From a virus: a stretch of DNA of 64,000 nucleotides. The notes beneath the pieces were generated by a model, which ran no database searches, was not told where the DNA came from, and saw only the letters and a list, made by a program, of their open reading frames with translations. The stretch is from positions 32,001 to 96,000 of the IMG/VR virus record IMGVR_UViG_3300048838_000238; one strand, written 5' to 3'. The position numbers and the translations under genes are program-made. Of the stretch, positions 30,415 through 40,246 are shown piece after piece. Position 1 is the first letter of the stretch. Each line of letters opens with the position of its first letter.

Positions 30415-30866
30415 TCTGCTCCCCGCTGCCGCTCGCCAGATACCGTAGTCCCGGCGATCGCCGCTTCCAGTTCCAAGTCAGCTTCGTCGGTGACTTGCTT
30501 CTGCGTCCATTCGGGATCTGGGTCGGAGATCTGGCTGCCGTAGATCACGATCGCGGCCAGCCGGTCCCAAATATCGAAGAACAGCGTCAAGATAAATTCG
30601 GCGGTAATCGGCGCTTCGCTGCCGTCTTTCAGTTTGATGTCCCAGGACTTGATCCGAGATGCCAAGGCGCGGGCAAAGAGCAAGTCTTGAGCGGCCGGCG
30701 ACTTACCGTGCATTGAACCAAGCAAGGTACTGCGCTCGGTGATCAGCGTCGGCCGATAGCGAAACTTCACCGCTGGGTGCAAGAACGGAGCTTCGGCGAC
30801 ATAGCCATGCAGACTCCAGCCGTCGTCACCAGGAGGGCTGTAGCACAGAGTATTTGGGCACGACAC
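30405..30866 (-). CDS. Tail assembly chaperone (gpG-like)
   Basis: Between tail tube and TMP; IKSWD motif; ends G GGA AAC TAA. Confidence 0.75.
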   Translation of the reverse strand: MSCPNTLCYSPPGDDGWSLHGYVAEAPFLHPAVKFRYRPTLITERSTLLGSMHGKSPAAQDLLFARALASRIKSWDIKLKDGSEAPITAEFILTLFFDIWDRLAAIVIYGSQISDPDPEWTQKQVTDEADLELEAAIAGTTVSGERQRGAEGN

Positions 30867-30884
30867 GGTAGAGTTTCCCTTCAG

Positions 30885-31250
30885 CTATCGAGTGTCTTCG
30901 GCGCCAGTCTCGTCAGGTCCAGTCACAGCTTCTGCCACCGCTGGCGGCGCGAAGACTTTCGGTAGATCGCGGACCTTCTGGACCGGAACGTCAGCGACTG
31001 GCTTGATATTCGGCCGCGACTTGGGCTTTCGGTCCTTGAATTTTTGGCCCTTTGGCTTCTCCGGATCGACCGGTTTTGGAATCGGCTCGGTCATGGCCGT
31101 GATCGTCAGATAGATGCCGTCATCGCCGGAAACGTACTCCACGTCCGTGTACGCGGACGGATTCGAGAACGCGCGCCGGATGTTGCGGATAAGCTCATCC
31201 AGCTTCTCGCGCTTCCGTGGGTCGTCGTGGGCGATTCGGATCTTTTTCAT
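30885..31250 (-). CDS. Hypothetical protein
   Basis: ATG ORF in the tail operon. Confidence 0.55.
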   Translation of the reverse strand: MKKIRIAHDDPRKREKLDELIRNIRRAFSNPSAYTDVEYVSGDDGIYLTITAMTEPIPKPVDPEKPKGQKFKDRKPKSRPNIKPVADVPVQKVRDLPKVFAPPAVAEAVTGPDETGAEDTR

Positions 31251-31298
31251 GGCACACTCGGTCTGAGGTTTGAGCGACTAGCAACTAGCCGTTAGCTA

Positions 31299-32204
31299 TT
31301 ACACTGTCGCGTCGTTGATGATTTGGATCGCGTTCGGAATCGCGTCGCCGTCCAGCGTCCGCGCCGTGAACACCAGCCGCTGCCGAAGCTCGGTCGAACT
31401 GCCTTCCAAGCCTGGCAACTCGGGAGCGATCTGCAAGCACGGGAACAAGAACGACAAGCTGCGCCCGCCATTCGTGTAGACGATCGAGGCGGCCACGCCC
31501 GCGAGCGCGATTTCATTCAGGTCGATGTCGTTGGTGGTAAACGGCGAATCGCAAGAGAACGTGATATTACGTCCGCCTTGTGGCAGTTCCGTACGAGTCG
31601 AACTTGTGAAGAACCGCTCGGTATCGAGCATGTTGTCGACCATCACTTCGACGTTGTCGACTGGTCGCGCCGTGCCGTCGATCGTGATGACCGCTTGATT
31701 GTGGATGTACGGCTGCAAGATGCTCAGGTCTAGCGTCGGGAACGTGTCAGCCGATGCCTTGGCTTGCGTCAGCCCCTCCAGTTCCCAGTTGAGCCTCAAT
31801 AATTGCCCGGCGCTGGACGTGAACGTCGCCTTGGACGTCCGCATGTCAGTGTGGTTGTAGACCGCGATCTTGCGGTCAACCGTGAGCGGAAAGTATTGCG
31901 TCAGATACGCCGGATCAAGCGTATTTCCAGAGAACGCACCGCCGAAGATCAACGGCAGAATCGCCGTGAGTTCATCGGGTCGCGGCGCCCACGCCATCGC
32001 GCCGGATACCTTGTACGGACCTTCCGCCAGAGACTCGCTGCGCTGATCGAGCTGTCCGGCCATCTCGTTGTCGGGGAACACTTGCAGCGGAATCTTCCGC
32101 ACGCCGCATTGCTGGAGCGCCAACCGTGTCGTGACCGGGAGAGCCGCGCCGAACACGCCCACGCCGACTTTGAGCATGTGCCCCTTAACGGCCAAGTTCG
32201 TCAT
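31299..32204 (-). CDS. Major tail tube protein
   Basis: 301 aa beta-rich protein between the tail terminator and the chaperones; GGGAG RBS. Confidence 0.75.
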   Translation of the reverse strand: MTNLAVKGHMLKVGVGVFGAALPVTTRLALQQCGVRKIPLQVFPDNEMAGQLDQRSESLAEGPYKVSGAMAWAPRPDELTAILPLIFGGAFSGNTLDPAYLTQYFPLTVDRKIAVYNHTDMRTSKATFTSSAGQLLRLNWELEGLTQAKASADTFPTLDLSILQPYIHNQAVITIDGTARPVDNVEVMVDNMLDTERFFTSSTRTELPQGGRNITFSCDSPFTTNDIDLNEIALAGVAASIVYTNGGRSLSFLFPCLQIAPELPGLEGSSTELRQRLVFTARTLDGDAIPNAIQIINDATV

Positions 32205-32269
32205 CTCTTACTCCCTGCAACTCGAAAAACGGTGAATCTTGTAAAACGCTTACGCGGCTGGAAAAACGC

Positions 32270-32650
32270 TTACGCCGGGGTCGGGTCGATCTTGCCCCAG
32301 ATGCGCAACCGGACTTCCGGCGTATTGGTGATGTAGAGCGCCGTCCAATCCGTGCCGAAGAAGAAGGCGTCGTACGAATCTTCTGTCCAGACGTACGGCT
32401 TATTCGCGACCAGCGTGATTGGATCGTCGGGTGTGGTGCCGTCGTTCGGCTCCAGCAAGCAGGCCGCGCTCGCCACCAGAACGAACGACTTCACCTCCGA
32501 CACGTCGAGTGTTGCCCCGATGATCTTGTTTGTCTGATTGACAGGGATCGTCTCGTCGAGCAACAGTGTTAGGCCGCCCGTGTAGTCCTCTGTGAACTCC
32601 ACCTTGACGCCATCTTCCGGCGTAATTGAGTACCCGATCTTGTGCGACAT
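32270..32650 (-). CDS. Putative virion structural protein
   Basis: Beta-rich acidic 126 aa ORF in the morphogenesis region. Confidence 0.5.
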   Translation of the reverse strand: MSHKIGYSITPEDGVKVEFTEDYTGGLTLLLDETIPVNQTNKIIGATLDVSEVKSFVLVASAACLLEPNDGTTPDDPITLVANKPYVWTEDSYDAFFFGTDWTALYITNTPEVRLRIWGKIDPTPA

Positions 32651-32709
32651 GCGGTGGCTTCCTTGCCGTGCTTAGATTTACTTCCGTGTGCGACTAGCGC
32701 CAGCCCTGA

Positions 32710-32728
32710 ATATATCAGACCGATATAG
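32710..32728. promoter_or_regulatory. Palindromic operator copy ATATATC-N5-GATATAG
   Basis: 1 mismatch; intergenic. Confidence 0.75.
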
Positions 32729-32750
32729 GCGGCGATCTAATTATCTCCGG

Positions 32751-33467
32751 CTAGAAGATGCCGCGCGGCATTTGGGCCTGAAACCGCAGCATGATCGTCG
32801 AAATATCAAACAGCTCCGAGAAACCGGACGGAATAACCGGCGGACCTGGATCGACGAAGATATCAATGACCTCGGGCACGCCCGCAAACGGCGCGTTTTC
32901 CGAGAGAGCTTGCGTAATCTGTTGCCGCCAGCCAAGTTCGCCGCGCAGATTCAGCGTCTGATCTGCATCGCTGGCGCGAAGTAAGGAGAGTTGAACTCCG
33001 TAGTTGATCTCATCCCGCTCGTTATCCAAAGAGTCCCGTGTCTCGCGGATCGGCGTCACGAAGATGGCTAGCGATAAGTCGCGCCGATTCCACGGCAGTT
33101 TCTGCATGATGATATTGGCGGACGGAACATCCGTGAGGCTCATCGCTTGCAGAAATTCAACCACCGCTTCGCAGCAGCGGTAATGAATCGGGTCCACTCC
33201 GCTTGAAGCGCGGAAGCCGGTGAAGATTACTGAGATGTCAGCGCCTAACTTGCTGACCAGAACTGCGCAGTACAAGCCATTGTCCACATCCAGCGCGACA
33301 GTGCCGTCGCCAGTCCGATTCCCGGAACTGGACCCATCCGCAGGAACGAGCCCGGAACTCCATGGCGCGGTGTAGATTGTGTTCGTTGAAGCCGGATCGC
33401 TGCCGCTGATCGTCGCTGTCGCGCCCGTCCCGGCTAGGTTATCGGCGATTGAAATAGCAAGAGGCAT
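32751..33467 (-). CDS. Putative tail terminator with an N-terminal Ig-like extension
   Basis: Position after the tail-completion gene; alpha/beta C-terminal half. Confidence 0.5.
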   Translation of the reverse strand: MPLAISIADNLAGTGATATISGSDPASTNTIYTAPWSSGLVPADGSSSGNRTGDGTVALDVDNGLYCAVLVSKLGADISVIFTGFRASSGVDPIHYRCCEAVVEFLQAMSLTDVPSANIIMQKLPWNRRDLSLAIFVTPIRETRDSLDNERDEINYGVQLSLLRASDADQTLNLRGELGWRQQITQALSENAPFAGVPEVIDIFVDPGPPVIPSGFSELFDISTIMLRFQAQMPRGIF

Positions 33468-33490
33468 CGCGGCTCACTTCACTGGTTCAG

Positions 33491-33925
33491 TTACTGTCCG
33501 AAGGCGTTTTCGATGGCTGCGGACTTCAGTATCTCACCGCACTCTTCCACGATAGCCTCGGTGGCGTAGATGTAGGTGCGAGGCGGGATTGGTCCGCGAC
33601 CGTATTGCTGTGTCGCGGCATACGGGATCTCGCCGCCGTTCACCCCTAGCGATGCTTCGCGATCGGCGGTGACAGCGATATTCCCCATCGCGCCAAGCTG
33701 AGTCGTGGCATTCAGCATGTCCTCTGAAAGTCGCAAGAGCGGATGCGGTAGGTTGTCCTTGCGTTGCGGCCACGGTGACCCGTCTGGGTACGACGCACTC
33801 ATGAAGTTGTCGTAGAAGCCTCGCCGCAGAACTTCACCGGCCTGCCCTAGCGGTTCTTGGAATGATCCTGATTCGAAGTAGGCATCGGCGTCGTCCAGAA
33901 GCTCAACGAATTCTTCCGGGCTCAT
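33491..33925 (-). CDS. Phage virion morphogenesis (tail completion) protein
   Basis: PDGSPWPQRK..PLL, PYAATQQYG and IPPRTYI motifs. Confidence 0.8.
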   Translation of the reverse strand: MSPEEFVELLDDADAYFESGSFQEPLGQAGEVLRRGFYDNFMSASYPDGSPWPQRKDNLPHPLLRLSEDMLNATTQLGAMGNIAVTADREASLGVNGGEIPYAATQQYGRGPIPPRTYIYATEAIVEECGEILKSAAIENAFGQ

Positions 33926-34143
33926 GAGTCATTCCGAACTTGAATGAGGGAGTAAATCACGACGATGAGTGACAGCGGGCCAAGGATCAGGAATGAAAAC
34001 GCGATCAGCGCCGACTCAGCCCAATACTTTTGAATTTGCCGGAATACGTCGGAGGTTCCGTCCGAAATCATGCAAGCGATCATTAGGACGATCGAGGCGA
34101 GCAGGCCACACGCGAGCCACGCAGCGAACAGGATAAGGATCAT
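33922..34143 (-). CDS. Small membrane protein (2 TM)
   Basis: Two hydrophobic segments. Confidence 0.55.
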   Translation of the reverse strand: MILILFAAWLACGLLASIVLMIACMISDGTSDVFRQIQKYWAESALIAFSFLILGPLSLIVVIYSLIQVRNDS

Positions 34144-34147
34144 ATGC

Positions 34148-34525
34148 TCACGCTTTCAATTGGACCTGAATGATCTCTGTCGCGCCGGCGGCTTGATTGC
34201 TCAAGATGCCGATCTCGTGCGCACCAGCGAGCGCCGCTGGAATTGGATACGACTTACCGGCCGATACTGTGCGAGTGACCGCGACCGGAGGTTCCGCATC
34301 CGTGTACGCTGGCGCGAGCAATCCGCCCTCCCACGAAGACGAGTAAAACGTCAATAGCGTCCCAAGGAATCCGGCCGGAAGCGTGATATTGCCGACATCG
34401 AATCCCTTAAAAACAAACTTCCCGGTGGTTGCCGCATCATTGGAGAGCGGCAGCTTAAACTGACGCGACGCTCCACTCCTGGAGATAAAAGCACTCTTTT
34501 CGTCAGTTGGGACGGCGTTGGCCAT
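34148..34525 (-). CDS. Hypothetical beta-rich protein
   Basis: ATG at 34525 (MANAVPTD). Confidence 0.5.
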   Translation of the reverse strand: MANAVPTDEKSAFISRSGASRQFKLPLSNDAATTGKFVFKGFDVGNITLPAGFLGTLLTFYSSSWEGGLLAPAYTDAEPPVAVTRTVSAGKSYPIPAALAGAHEIGILSNQAAGATEIIQVQLKA

Positions 34526-34530
34526 TGCGG

Positions 34531-34746
34531 TTACTTTCTCTTGGACCAGTTTGTAAAAAACATCGCGAAGTACAGTGTCACGACTCCGCCAAATACCGAC
34601 ACGGCGAAAAACGGCAGCGTGAACCACCACTCCTTAACCGAGTGGCGGATCGTGTTTGTCAGTCCGTCTGCGATGACTGTGCTGCCTGCGAATACACACC
34701 AGCCAACGAAGCCCGCCAAGAACCAACTCAGGATGATCTCAAGCAT
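34531..34746 (-). CDS. Small membrane protein (2 TM)
   Basis: Two hydrophobic segments and a basic C-terminus. Confidence 0.55.
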   Translation of the reverse strand: MLEIILSWFLAGFVGWCVFAGSTVIADGLTNTIRHSVKEWWFTLPFFAVSVFGGVVTLYFAMFFTNWSKRK

Positions 34747-35306
34747 TACGCGCCCTCAGAAAAATCAGGGCAGCATCCTGCCTCATCACCTTGATTTCCA
34801 CTAGCCGAACCGCGACTTCCGAATGTCACGCACCAGTAGATTGCGCCGTTCGATCCAGTTGCGTAGCCGACTCCTATTTCGTGATACGCGGTGTTTTTGA
34901 TGTTACGTCGATGACCGGTGGAGTTCATCCAAACACGCATGACATGCTCGGGAGACTTCTGCCCGTACGCGACGTTTTCGCCGTAGGTATTCCAGTCGTA
35001 CCCTGCCAGTTTGATCCTCGCGCCGGGACTACTGAATCCTTCCCCGCGATGCGACATTGTTCGCTTCGATGCCATCCAGTCGGCGTGCTTCTGCGCGGCC
35101 TTCGTCAACAGAGCATTAAGAGCAAGAGGCGATGTTGGATCGCGGTTGGCGTTGTGGATTCTCAGTATCTCGGCAACGTACGGCGGCGCTGTTGGCGTCG
35201 TTGGATATGGCAGAATCGACGGTTTAGGAGGAACCGGCTTAGCTGGCTGCGCGGGCCTCCACCACGGTGAAATAAGTTCCAAAAACAGTGCAATTAGATT
35301 TGTCAT
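34746..35306 (-). CDS. CAP (SCP/Tpx-1/Ag5) domain protein
   Basis: HNANR, LTKAAQKHADWMA, MSHRG, GENVAYG, WMNSTGHRRNI, EIGVG and YWCVTFG. Confidence 0.92.
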   Translation of the reverse strand: MTNLIALFLELISPWWRPAQPAKPVPPKPSILPYPTTPTAPPYVAEILRIHNANRDPTSPLALNALLTKAAQKHADWMASKRTMSHRGEGFSSPGARIKLAGYDWNTYGENVAYGQKSPEHVMRVWMNSTGHRRNIKNTAYHEIGVGYATGSNGAIYWCVTFGSRGSASGNQGDEAGCCPDFSEGA

Positions 35307-35548
35307 CAGAACACCCTGCCTGTTATCGCCGCGAAGACTTCCACAGCATTCAAGACCAAGAATAAAGACGCTTGCCACTTCTCCCGAGAGTACAGCCACG
35401 CGCCCGCCAAGCCACCGACGTACAAGTGTGCCACGTCCTTGTAGACGTCCAGCCAGATACTGTCAGGCTCGACTAAGTCGCCGATCATCAACCGGACAAT
35501 CGCCAAGGCAATGCCGAACGCGATTACTGAGTCACGAGTACCTGTCAT
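35306..35548 (-). CDS. Small membrane protein
   Basis: Three hydrophobic segments. Confidence 0.55.
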   Translation of the reverse strand: MTGTRDSVIAFGIALAIVRLMIGDLVEPDSIWLDVYKDVAHLYVGGLAGAWLYSREKWQASLFLVLNAVEVFAAITGRVF

Positions 35549-36009
35549 GGCTTAAGACTCGCGATGCCGCCGCTAACAATCACCGTCACGGGAACATTGA
35601 TCCCACGCACTCCCATCGGGGAAGTCGCCTGGATCGGCCCGCTCGGAATTTCAAACACGACGCTGTAGCCAGATTGTTTGCCGGGATACTCGCCGTCCTC
35701 AAGGTGCGTCGGCTTGAGAAACGTCAATTGAATCCGCGACGTTTCGTGGCAGGTTTTTGCCGCCTGCGTTTTTGTTCCCAACTCGAACGTGCGACCGTTC
35801 GGACACACCACGATCGTCTTGACGACTTGCCGAACTTGCACGTCTCCGTGATCCTCGGCGCTCACGATCTGCCGGCGGCAATTAGGGCACTCCGCGCCCT
35901 CGGAAATCTCGCCAGACAGACACTTCCCGTCGCGGTAGCAGCGATAGAACTTATTGCCGTCCAGCGTGAAGAACTCACCAGTGCAAATCGTTCCGTGTGA
36001 GATTGCCAT
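35545..36009 (-). CDS. Hypothetical Cys-containing protein
   Basis: AAGGA RBS; CPNC motif. Confidence 0.5.
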   Translation of the reverse strand: MAISHGTICTGEFFTLDGNKFYRCYRDGKCLSGEISEGAECPNCRRQIVSAEDHGDVQVRQVVKTIVVCPNGRTFELGTKTQAAKTCHETSRIQLTFLKPTHLEDGEYPGKQSGYSVVFEIPSGPIQATSPMGVRGINVPVTVIVSGGIASLKP

Positions 36010-36047
36010 CGATCCATCCTTGGAGTCGGCGACCAGTCGCCAGAGTC

Positions 36048-36386
36048 TTAGAGTCGGCCACGCTTACATTGGCAGTGCCATTGCGTGTCCCATAACTCCA
36101 GCGTAGCGGATACGATCAGCCAACTTTCGCCGTCGACTGCGAATCGCTCATCGCGCAACGGCTCGTGATCGCCCAGGAACTCCGCCCACAGCACCCACGT
36201 CGCGTTAGTCGACTTCACCGACACGTTCTCGCCGACTTCGCTCCGGGCGCGCGCCGGCAATTCCTTTTTGGCTTTCACGCCCGTGATAGTGGACCCATCC
36301 GCCTTGGTGTAAGTAACGGCCACGACGCCGTCGTGATACTGCCAATCGTTCTTATACAGTTCGTAGGCGGCGGATCTTGTGGTCAT
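36048..36386 (-). CDS. Head-tail joining (head closure) protein
   Basis: 112 aa beta-rich protein with P.RDERF.VDGE.W.I pattern; neck position. Confidence 0.65.
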   Translation of the reverse strand: MTTRSAAYELYKNDWQYHDGVVAVTYTKADGSTITGVKAKKELPARARSEVGENVSVKSTNATWVLWAEFLGDHEPLRDERFAVDGESWLIVSATLELWDTQWHCQCKRGRL

Positions 36387-36417
36387 CGGTCACTTTTCCC
36401 AAACAGGAAACTACTCG

Positions 36418-36762
36418 TTAACAGGAAATCAACCGGCCGTCTCGGCACCAGCCGTGCCACATCCCGACCCAATGCAGACTCGGTGATAGCGTCGGCTTCT
36501 CCTGGGTGCCGCTCAGTGTCCATTTTGCGCCACACGGATTCCGTCGATCGACCGTCCATTCGCAGACGATGCCGTTCTGCGGCAAGTCGGTGTCGCCCCA
36601 ATTGACCGGCATCACGATAAAAACGCTGGCCACATCTTCCGGGAACTGATGCTGCGTGTCCGGCTTCCACGAGTACCAAATCCCTCCTTTGCCGTGCTGC
36701 CGCGCGTCGCCGCTGCATCCGAACACCACAGCATCCACGGACTCGGTAGAGACTTCGCTCAA
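36418..36762 (-). CDS. DUF6527-like protein
   Basis: KWTLSGTQEKPTLSPSL...WHGWCRDG. Confidence 0.65.
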   Translation of the reverse strand: MSEVSTESVDAVVFGCSGDARQHGKGGIWYSWKPDTQHQFPEDVASVFIVMPVNWGDTDLPQNGIVCEWTVDRRNPCGAKWTLSGTQEKPTLSPSLHWVGMWHGWCRDGRLISC

Positions 36763-37019
36763 GAATCAACCTCCCAAGGGCCGTCTGCTCGCGCCACTTC
36801 GTCGTCAATCTGCTTTTCGATCGCTGACAGCGCGTCAAGGAGTGACATGCGGTAGCCGACGTGGTCGATGGTATGACCAGATCCAGATGCGTTCGGCTTC
36901 AGCGGAGCCTCTTGTAACGCCGTGAGAATCCGCGTTCTCTCTGCGCGAAGCCGCGACAGAGTGGTTCCGGTACTGACACTTGAGACGGGTGTCCCGTCGT
37001 TGATTGTTTGGTCGCTCAT
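36759..37019 (-). CDS. gpW-like head-tail adaptor
   Basis: Helix, beta-hairpin (KPNASGSGHTID), helix; 86 aa. Confidence 0.6.
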   Translation of the reverse strand: MSDQTINDGTPVSSVSTGTTLSRLRAERTRILTALQEAPLKPNASGSGHTIDHVGYRMSLLDALSAIEKQIDDEVARADGPWEVDS

Positions 37020-37031
37020 GTCACCGCGCCC

Positions 37032-38171
37032 TTATGCCACCGTCATTACAGTTGGGTTCGTGAAGTCGTGGCTCGTGCTATTTCGCCACAGGTAATACGT
37101 TCCGGCATTCAGCATGAACGTGACGTGTCCGAACTCGTCAGTGTAAAGAGTCCCTGCAATGACGTTCGTGCCGGCCGAGTCCGTCGACACCCAGCAGCCC
37201 ACGTCACCTATCGGGTCGCCTTCGCTATCGTTTACGGTGATCTGCCAAGGCGTTCCGCCGGGACCGGCCGCACCAGCTAGTAGATCGACAGCCTCCTGCA
37301 TGGCTGCGATGTCGGCGATGATTTCATCTTGTTTGGCTTCAGTTGCGTCGCCAGCGTCACTGCCTGGCCCGGCCGCCAGCGCCGCCGCCGTGAAGTCGTA
37401 CACCAAGCCGTTGACAATAATCATCGTGGAGAACTGCGCGGCCATCGTGACGACGTTTGCTAGATTGGGAACAGTTACTTGGCGCGTGCTTGTTGCCACG
37501 TCGATCCTCGCCAATTCGGTGGCTAGTTCGGTGCGGACGTCCGCTGGAGAATGCGTGCTGAGTCCAGAAACGTCGGCCGTCAGCCAGTTGCCCTGGTTGG
37601 TCTGCAACTCGTTAGTGTCCGCCAAGATCGCGGCAATCTCGGTATCCAAATAGCCAGCGACCGCAGCGAGATTTGCCGCCGTTGCAAGGCCAGACTGGAT
37701 TTCGGTCACAGCGTCCGCAGCCAGCCCGGCGGCTGTCAGCCAGTTCGCGGGAACCGTCGGAAGGTTCGCGAGGTTCGTGGTCGTGCCTACCGAAGTCACA
37801 TTGGCTACAGTATCCGTTGCTGGATCGCTGATTAAAACAAGCTCACCTGTGTCGAGTCGCTTCCAAAAGATTCGGACGGGCGAGTTCCCGGTTTGATACT
37901 CCTTAATACGTGAGTTGCCGGTTTCCTGATAGTGGATATTGAAGGAGTTCACACCGTCGGCGTAGACGCGACTACGAGTCGTCTGTAGTTGGACGCGGCC
38001 AGGGCGTGCGGTTGTGTCGCGGTCCTTCGACTCTCCATCTTCCCAATACGCAGCCTCCACGTATCGACGTCTACCACGTTCATCATCGCGGATCTCATCA
38101 ACGAGAACTTCGCGCACTCCAAGTTCATGGAATCGCGGTTCTACGGCCAAGTCTGATGAAAGCCTGCTCAT
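37032..38171 (-). CDS. Putative virion structural / fibre-like protein
   Basis: Ala-rich heptad segments and an Ig/carboxypeptidase-like C-terminus (TDEFGHVTFML.AGTY). Confidence 0.55.
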   Translation of the reverse strand: MSRLSSDLAVEPRFHELGVREVLVDEIRDDERGRRRYVEAAYWEDGESKDRDTTARPGRVQLQTTRSRVYADGVNSFNIHYQETGNSRIKEYQTGNSPVRIFWKRLDTGELVLISDPATDTVANVTSVGTTTNLANLPTVPANWLTAAGLAADAVTEIQSGLATAANLAAVAGYLDTEIAAILADTNELQTNQGNWLTADVSGLSTHSPADVRTELATELARIDVATSTRQVTVPNLANVVTMAAQFSTMIIVNGLVYDFTAAALAAGPGSDAGDATEAKQDEIIADIAAMQEAVDLLAGAAGPGGTPWQITVNDSEGDPIGDVGCWVSTDSAGTNVIAGTLYTDEFGHVTFMLNAGTYYLWRNSTSHDFTNPTVMTVA

Positions 38172-38187
38172 GATGTTGCCATGCGTC

Positions 38188-38230
38188 TAAAACAAAAGCC
38201 GCGACCGCCTGCAACAGACGGCGCGGCTTG
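38188..38230 (-). terminator. Intrinsic terminator
   Basis: AAGCCGCG...CGCGGCTT stem followed by TTTTGTTTT on the minus strand. Confidence 0.65.
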
Positions 38231-38268
38231 CGCGTAACTCGTTTTTCGTGATTAGTCCGTTGCGAGTC

Positions 38269-38880
38269 TTAGGCGGCCAAGGCGCGGACGTACTTGAGAA
38301 CTTCCTTCTGGACTACCGGCAACTCGGATTCATCGATCGGAGTTACCCTGATACTCTTTGCCGGATCGATCACCGTGATGATCCCCATGTGTGTCTCGTA
38401 TCGGCCCCGTGCTGTGAAGGCGTTGATCGCGCCAACCAATCGCATCGATCGCGGTTCGCCGGGGATCTCGACACGGAACTTCAAATCGCCATCTTGCAAC
38501 GACAACTCGGAATCCCTCAGAAGTTCGCTGTACTCGCGATTCCGCTGTTCGGCGCGTTCCTGTGCCAACCGGCGCTTCGTCATCCGCATCTCGCGATCGT
38601 CGTCGTACATAGCTCGCCGGACGTCGTCGATGCCCATTCGCTCGATTGGGCGGCCACCGCCGGCCAATGCCAACTTCCGCACCATCGCAGTCAACTCGGC
38701 GACCTGATCTCGCAACGCAGTGACTTCGTCGACGTGAGTGGCTGGCGGAGACGGCTCTTGCGGACCTGACTCATTGCGGACCATCGTTTCGGTGGCACCG
38801 GCTGCCGCTTGACTCGATTGATTGCCTGGCTGCCGTGACTGATTGCCTTGCGGCCGATTGCTGCTTTGTGGGTTGGCCAT
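38269..38880 (-). CDS. Hypothetical protein downstream of the capsid gene
   Basis: 203 aa with a disordered N-terminus and coiled coil. Confidence 0.6.
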   Translation of the reverse strand: MANPQSSNRPQGNQSRQPGNQSSQAAAGATETMVRNESGPQEPSPPATHVDEVTALRDQVAELTAMVRKLALAGGGRPIERMGIDDVRRAMYDDDREMRMTKRRLAQERAEQRNREYSELLRDSELSLQDGDLKFRVEIPGEPRSMRLVGAINAFTARGRYETHMGIITVIDPAKSIRVTPIDESELPVVQKEVLKYVRALAA

Positions 38881-38971
38881 GACTTAGGAAACTCCAGAGT
38901 GGAAAGAAAAATCAGCGGCGGCGCGGGTGGCGTGAACCAGTCCGCGCCGCCTATCGGGTTGTTGTTCAGGC

Positions 38972-40246
38972 TTAGTTGGTGCTGCGAACGACCCCACGAG
39001 GATCTTTCACGGAGTATGCGTGCATCTGATCGACGAACAGAGCCAGCAGAATCTTGTGATTCAGCATGGTGTAGTCGTTCGGGGCAGCACGTTGAACCGT
39101 GAACGGCCAGTTCTCGACTCGGCTGAACGCCTTGCGAGTGTTGATCGCCCACCAGTATGCGAGAGCGTTGGTCGTCGACACGGCCAATCCTCGATCCGCC
39201 ACCGCGTCCGTCAGGATTTGATCCATGATCGGAGACGACAGAATCTCCTTGTTGGTGATGCTGGTGTTCGCACCGCGTCGGATCGCCGTGCTGGACTGAG
39301 TTCGCGTTTCGATCTCCGAAGCGCCCTTGATCTGAGCCGCAGTCTCGTGCTTGTCGTTATGCACAAGCATCACGTCCCAGTCGGTCGCGATCCGCTCGCC
39401 GGTTTCCTGGTCGGTCATGCGGGAGAACAGCAAGTTCGTCGCATTGACGTCCTCCCAGTCGGTCAGCGGGTTGGAGTGGGTATTCACCCAGAACCCGCCC
39501 GAGGCGACGTAAGTTTGGTAGGCCACCCCGCCGTAGTTGTACGGGTTGTCAACGCCTGCGATCAGACGCAGTCCGTCCTTCTCCTTGCGGAGACCCATGA
39601 CTTCGCCGATCTTGTTGGCGTGAGCCAGCACTTGTCCGGTCTGGTCGAACTGGACCGTCTCGAACGTCACCTCCATGCGGAGGCCGTCTTGGTAGGTTTC
39701 GGGAGTCAGCGTGTAGCGTTCGGTGAACTGCATCGCGGCATGTTCTTCACCGGGATTGCGCCGCACGGCCTGATCGCCCAATCCGCCGAGACCCATGTAC
39801 TTCTTCTGCCGCACGTTCGGAGTCGGATCAACCGGGATCAACCGATCAGTGATGAAGTCCGGCCGCTCGTAGTCTTGGAGCAACGCCGCGTCCAAGAGTC
39901 CGCTAACGGACCCCAGGAAGGCCGATACGTTCGGCAAGTCCGAAGGCAGCACGGCTTCCGCCCCACCGGCTTCGTAGACTTGATAGGAGTTCGCGGTCGA
40001 GCGCGACAAACCTTCAGCCCATTGCGGGCCGATGAACGTATCGGCCAAGCCCCGGATGGAGAAGTCTTGCGGCCGCATGTAGTTCGGCCCGGTTTCCAAC
40101 ACGGCCATGCCGTGCTTGTTGACCTTGATACCGAGGTCTTCATGGAACTTCCGCAAGAAGGCATTCGTGCCTGCGATCCGTTCGCCTTGACTGGCGTGCG
40201 AAGGCGCGAATTGCTCAAGCACGTTACGGAGGGCTTTGTAGTCCAT
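38972..40246 (-). CDS. Major capsid protein (HK97 fold)
   Basis: 424 aa after the protease and cement genes; C-terminal DPRGVV motif; followed by a GGCGGCGCGG/CCGCGCCGCC hairpin. Confidence 0.85.
   Translation of the reverse strand: MDYKALRNVLEQFAPSHASQGERIAGTNAFLRKFHEDLGIKVNKHGMAVLETGPNYMRPQDFSIRGLADTFIGPQWAEGLSRSTANSYQVYEAGGAEAVLPSDLPNVSAFLGSVSGLLDAALLQDYERPDFITDRLIPVDPTPNVRQKKYMGLGGLGDQAVRRNPGEEHAAMQFTERYTLTPETYQDGLRMEVTFETVQFDQTGQVLAHANKIGEVMGLRKEKDGLRLIAGVDNPYNYGGVAYQTYVASGGFWVNTHSNPLTDWEDVNATNLLFSRMTDQETGERIATDWDVMLVHNDKHETAAQIKGASEIETRTQSSTAIRRGANTSITNKEILSSPIMDQILTDAVADRGLAVSTTNALAYWWAINTRKAFSRVENWPFTVQRAAPNDYTMLNHKILLALFVDQMHAYSVKDPRGVVRSTN

Noticed and set aside
32243-32275. 13-bp direct repeat AAAACGCTTACGC upstream of the tail tube gene
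   Set aside because: Only two copies, one overlapping a stop codon; no function can be supported
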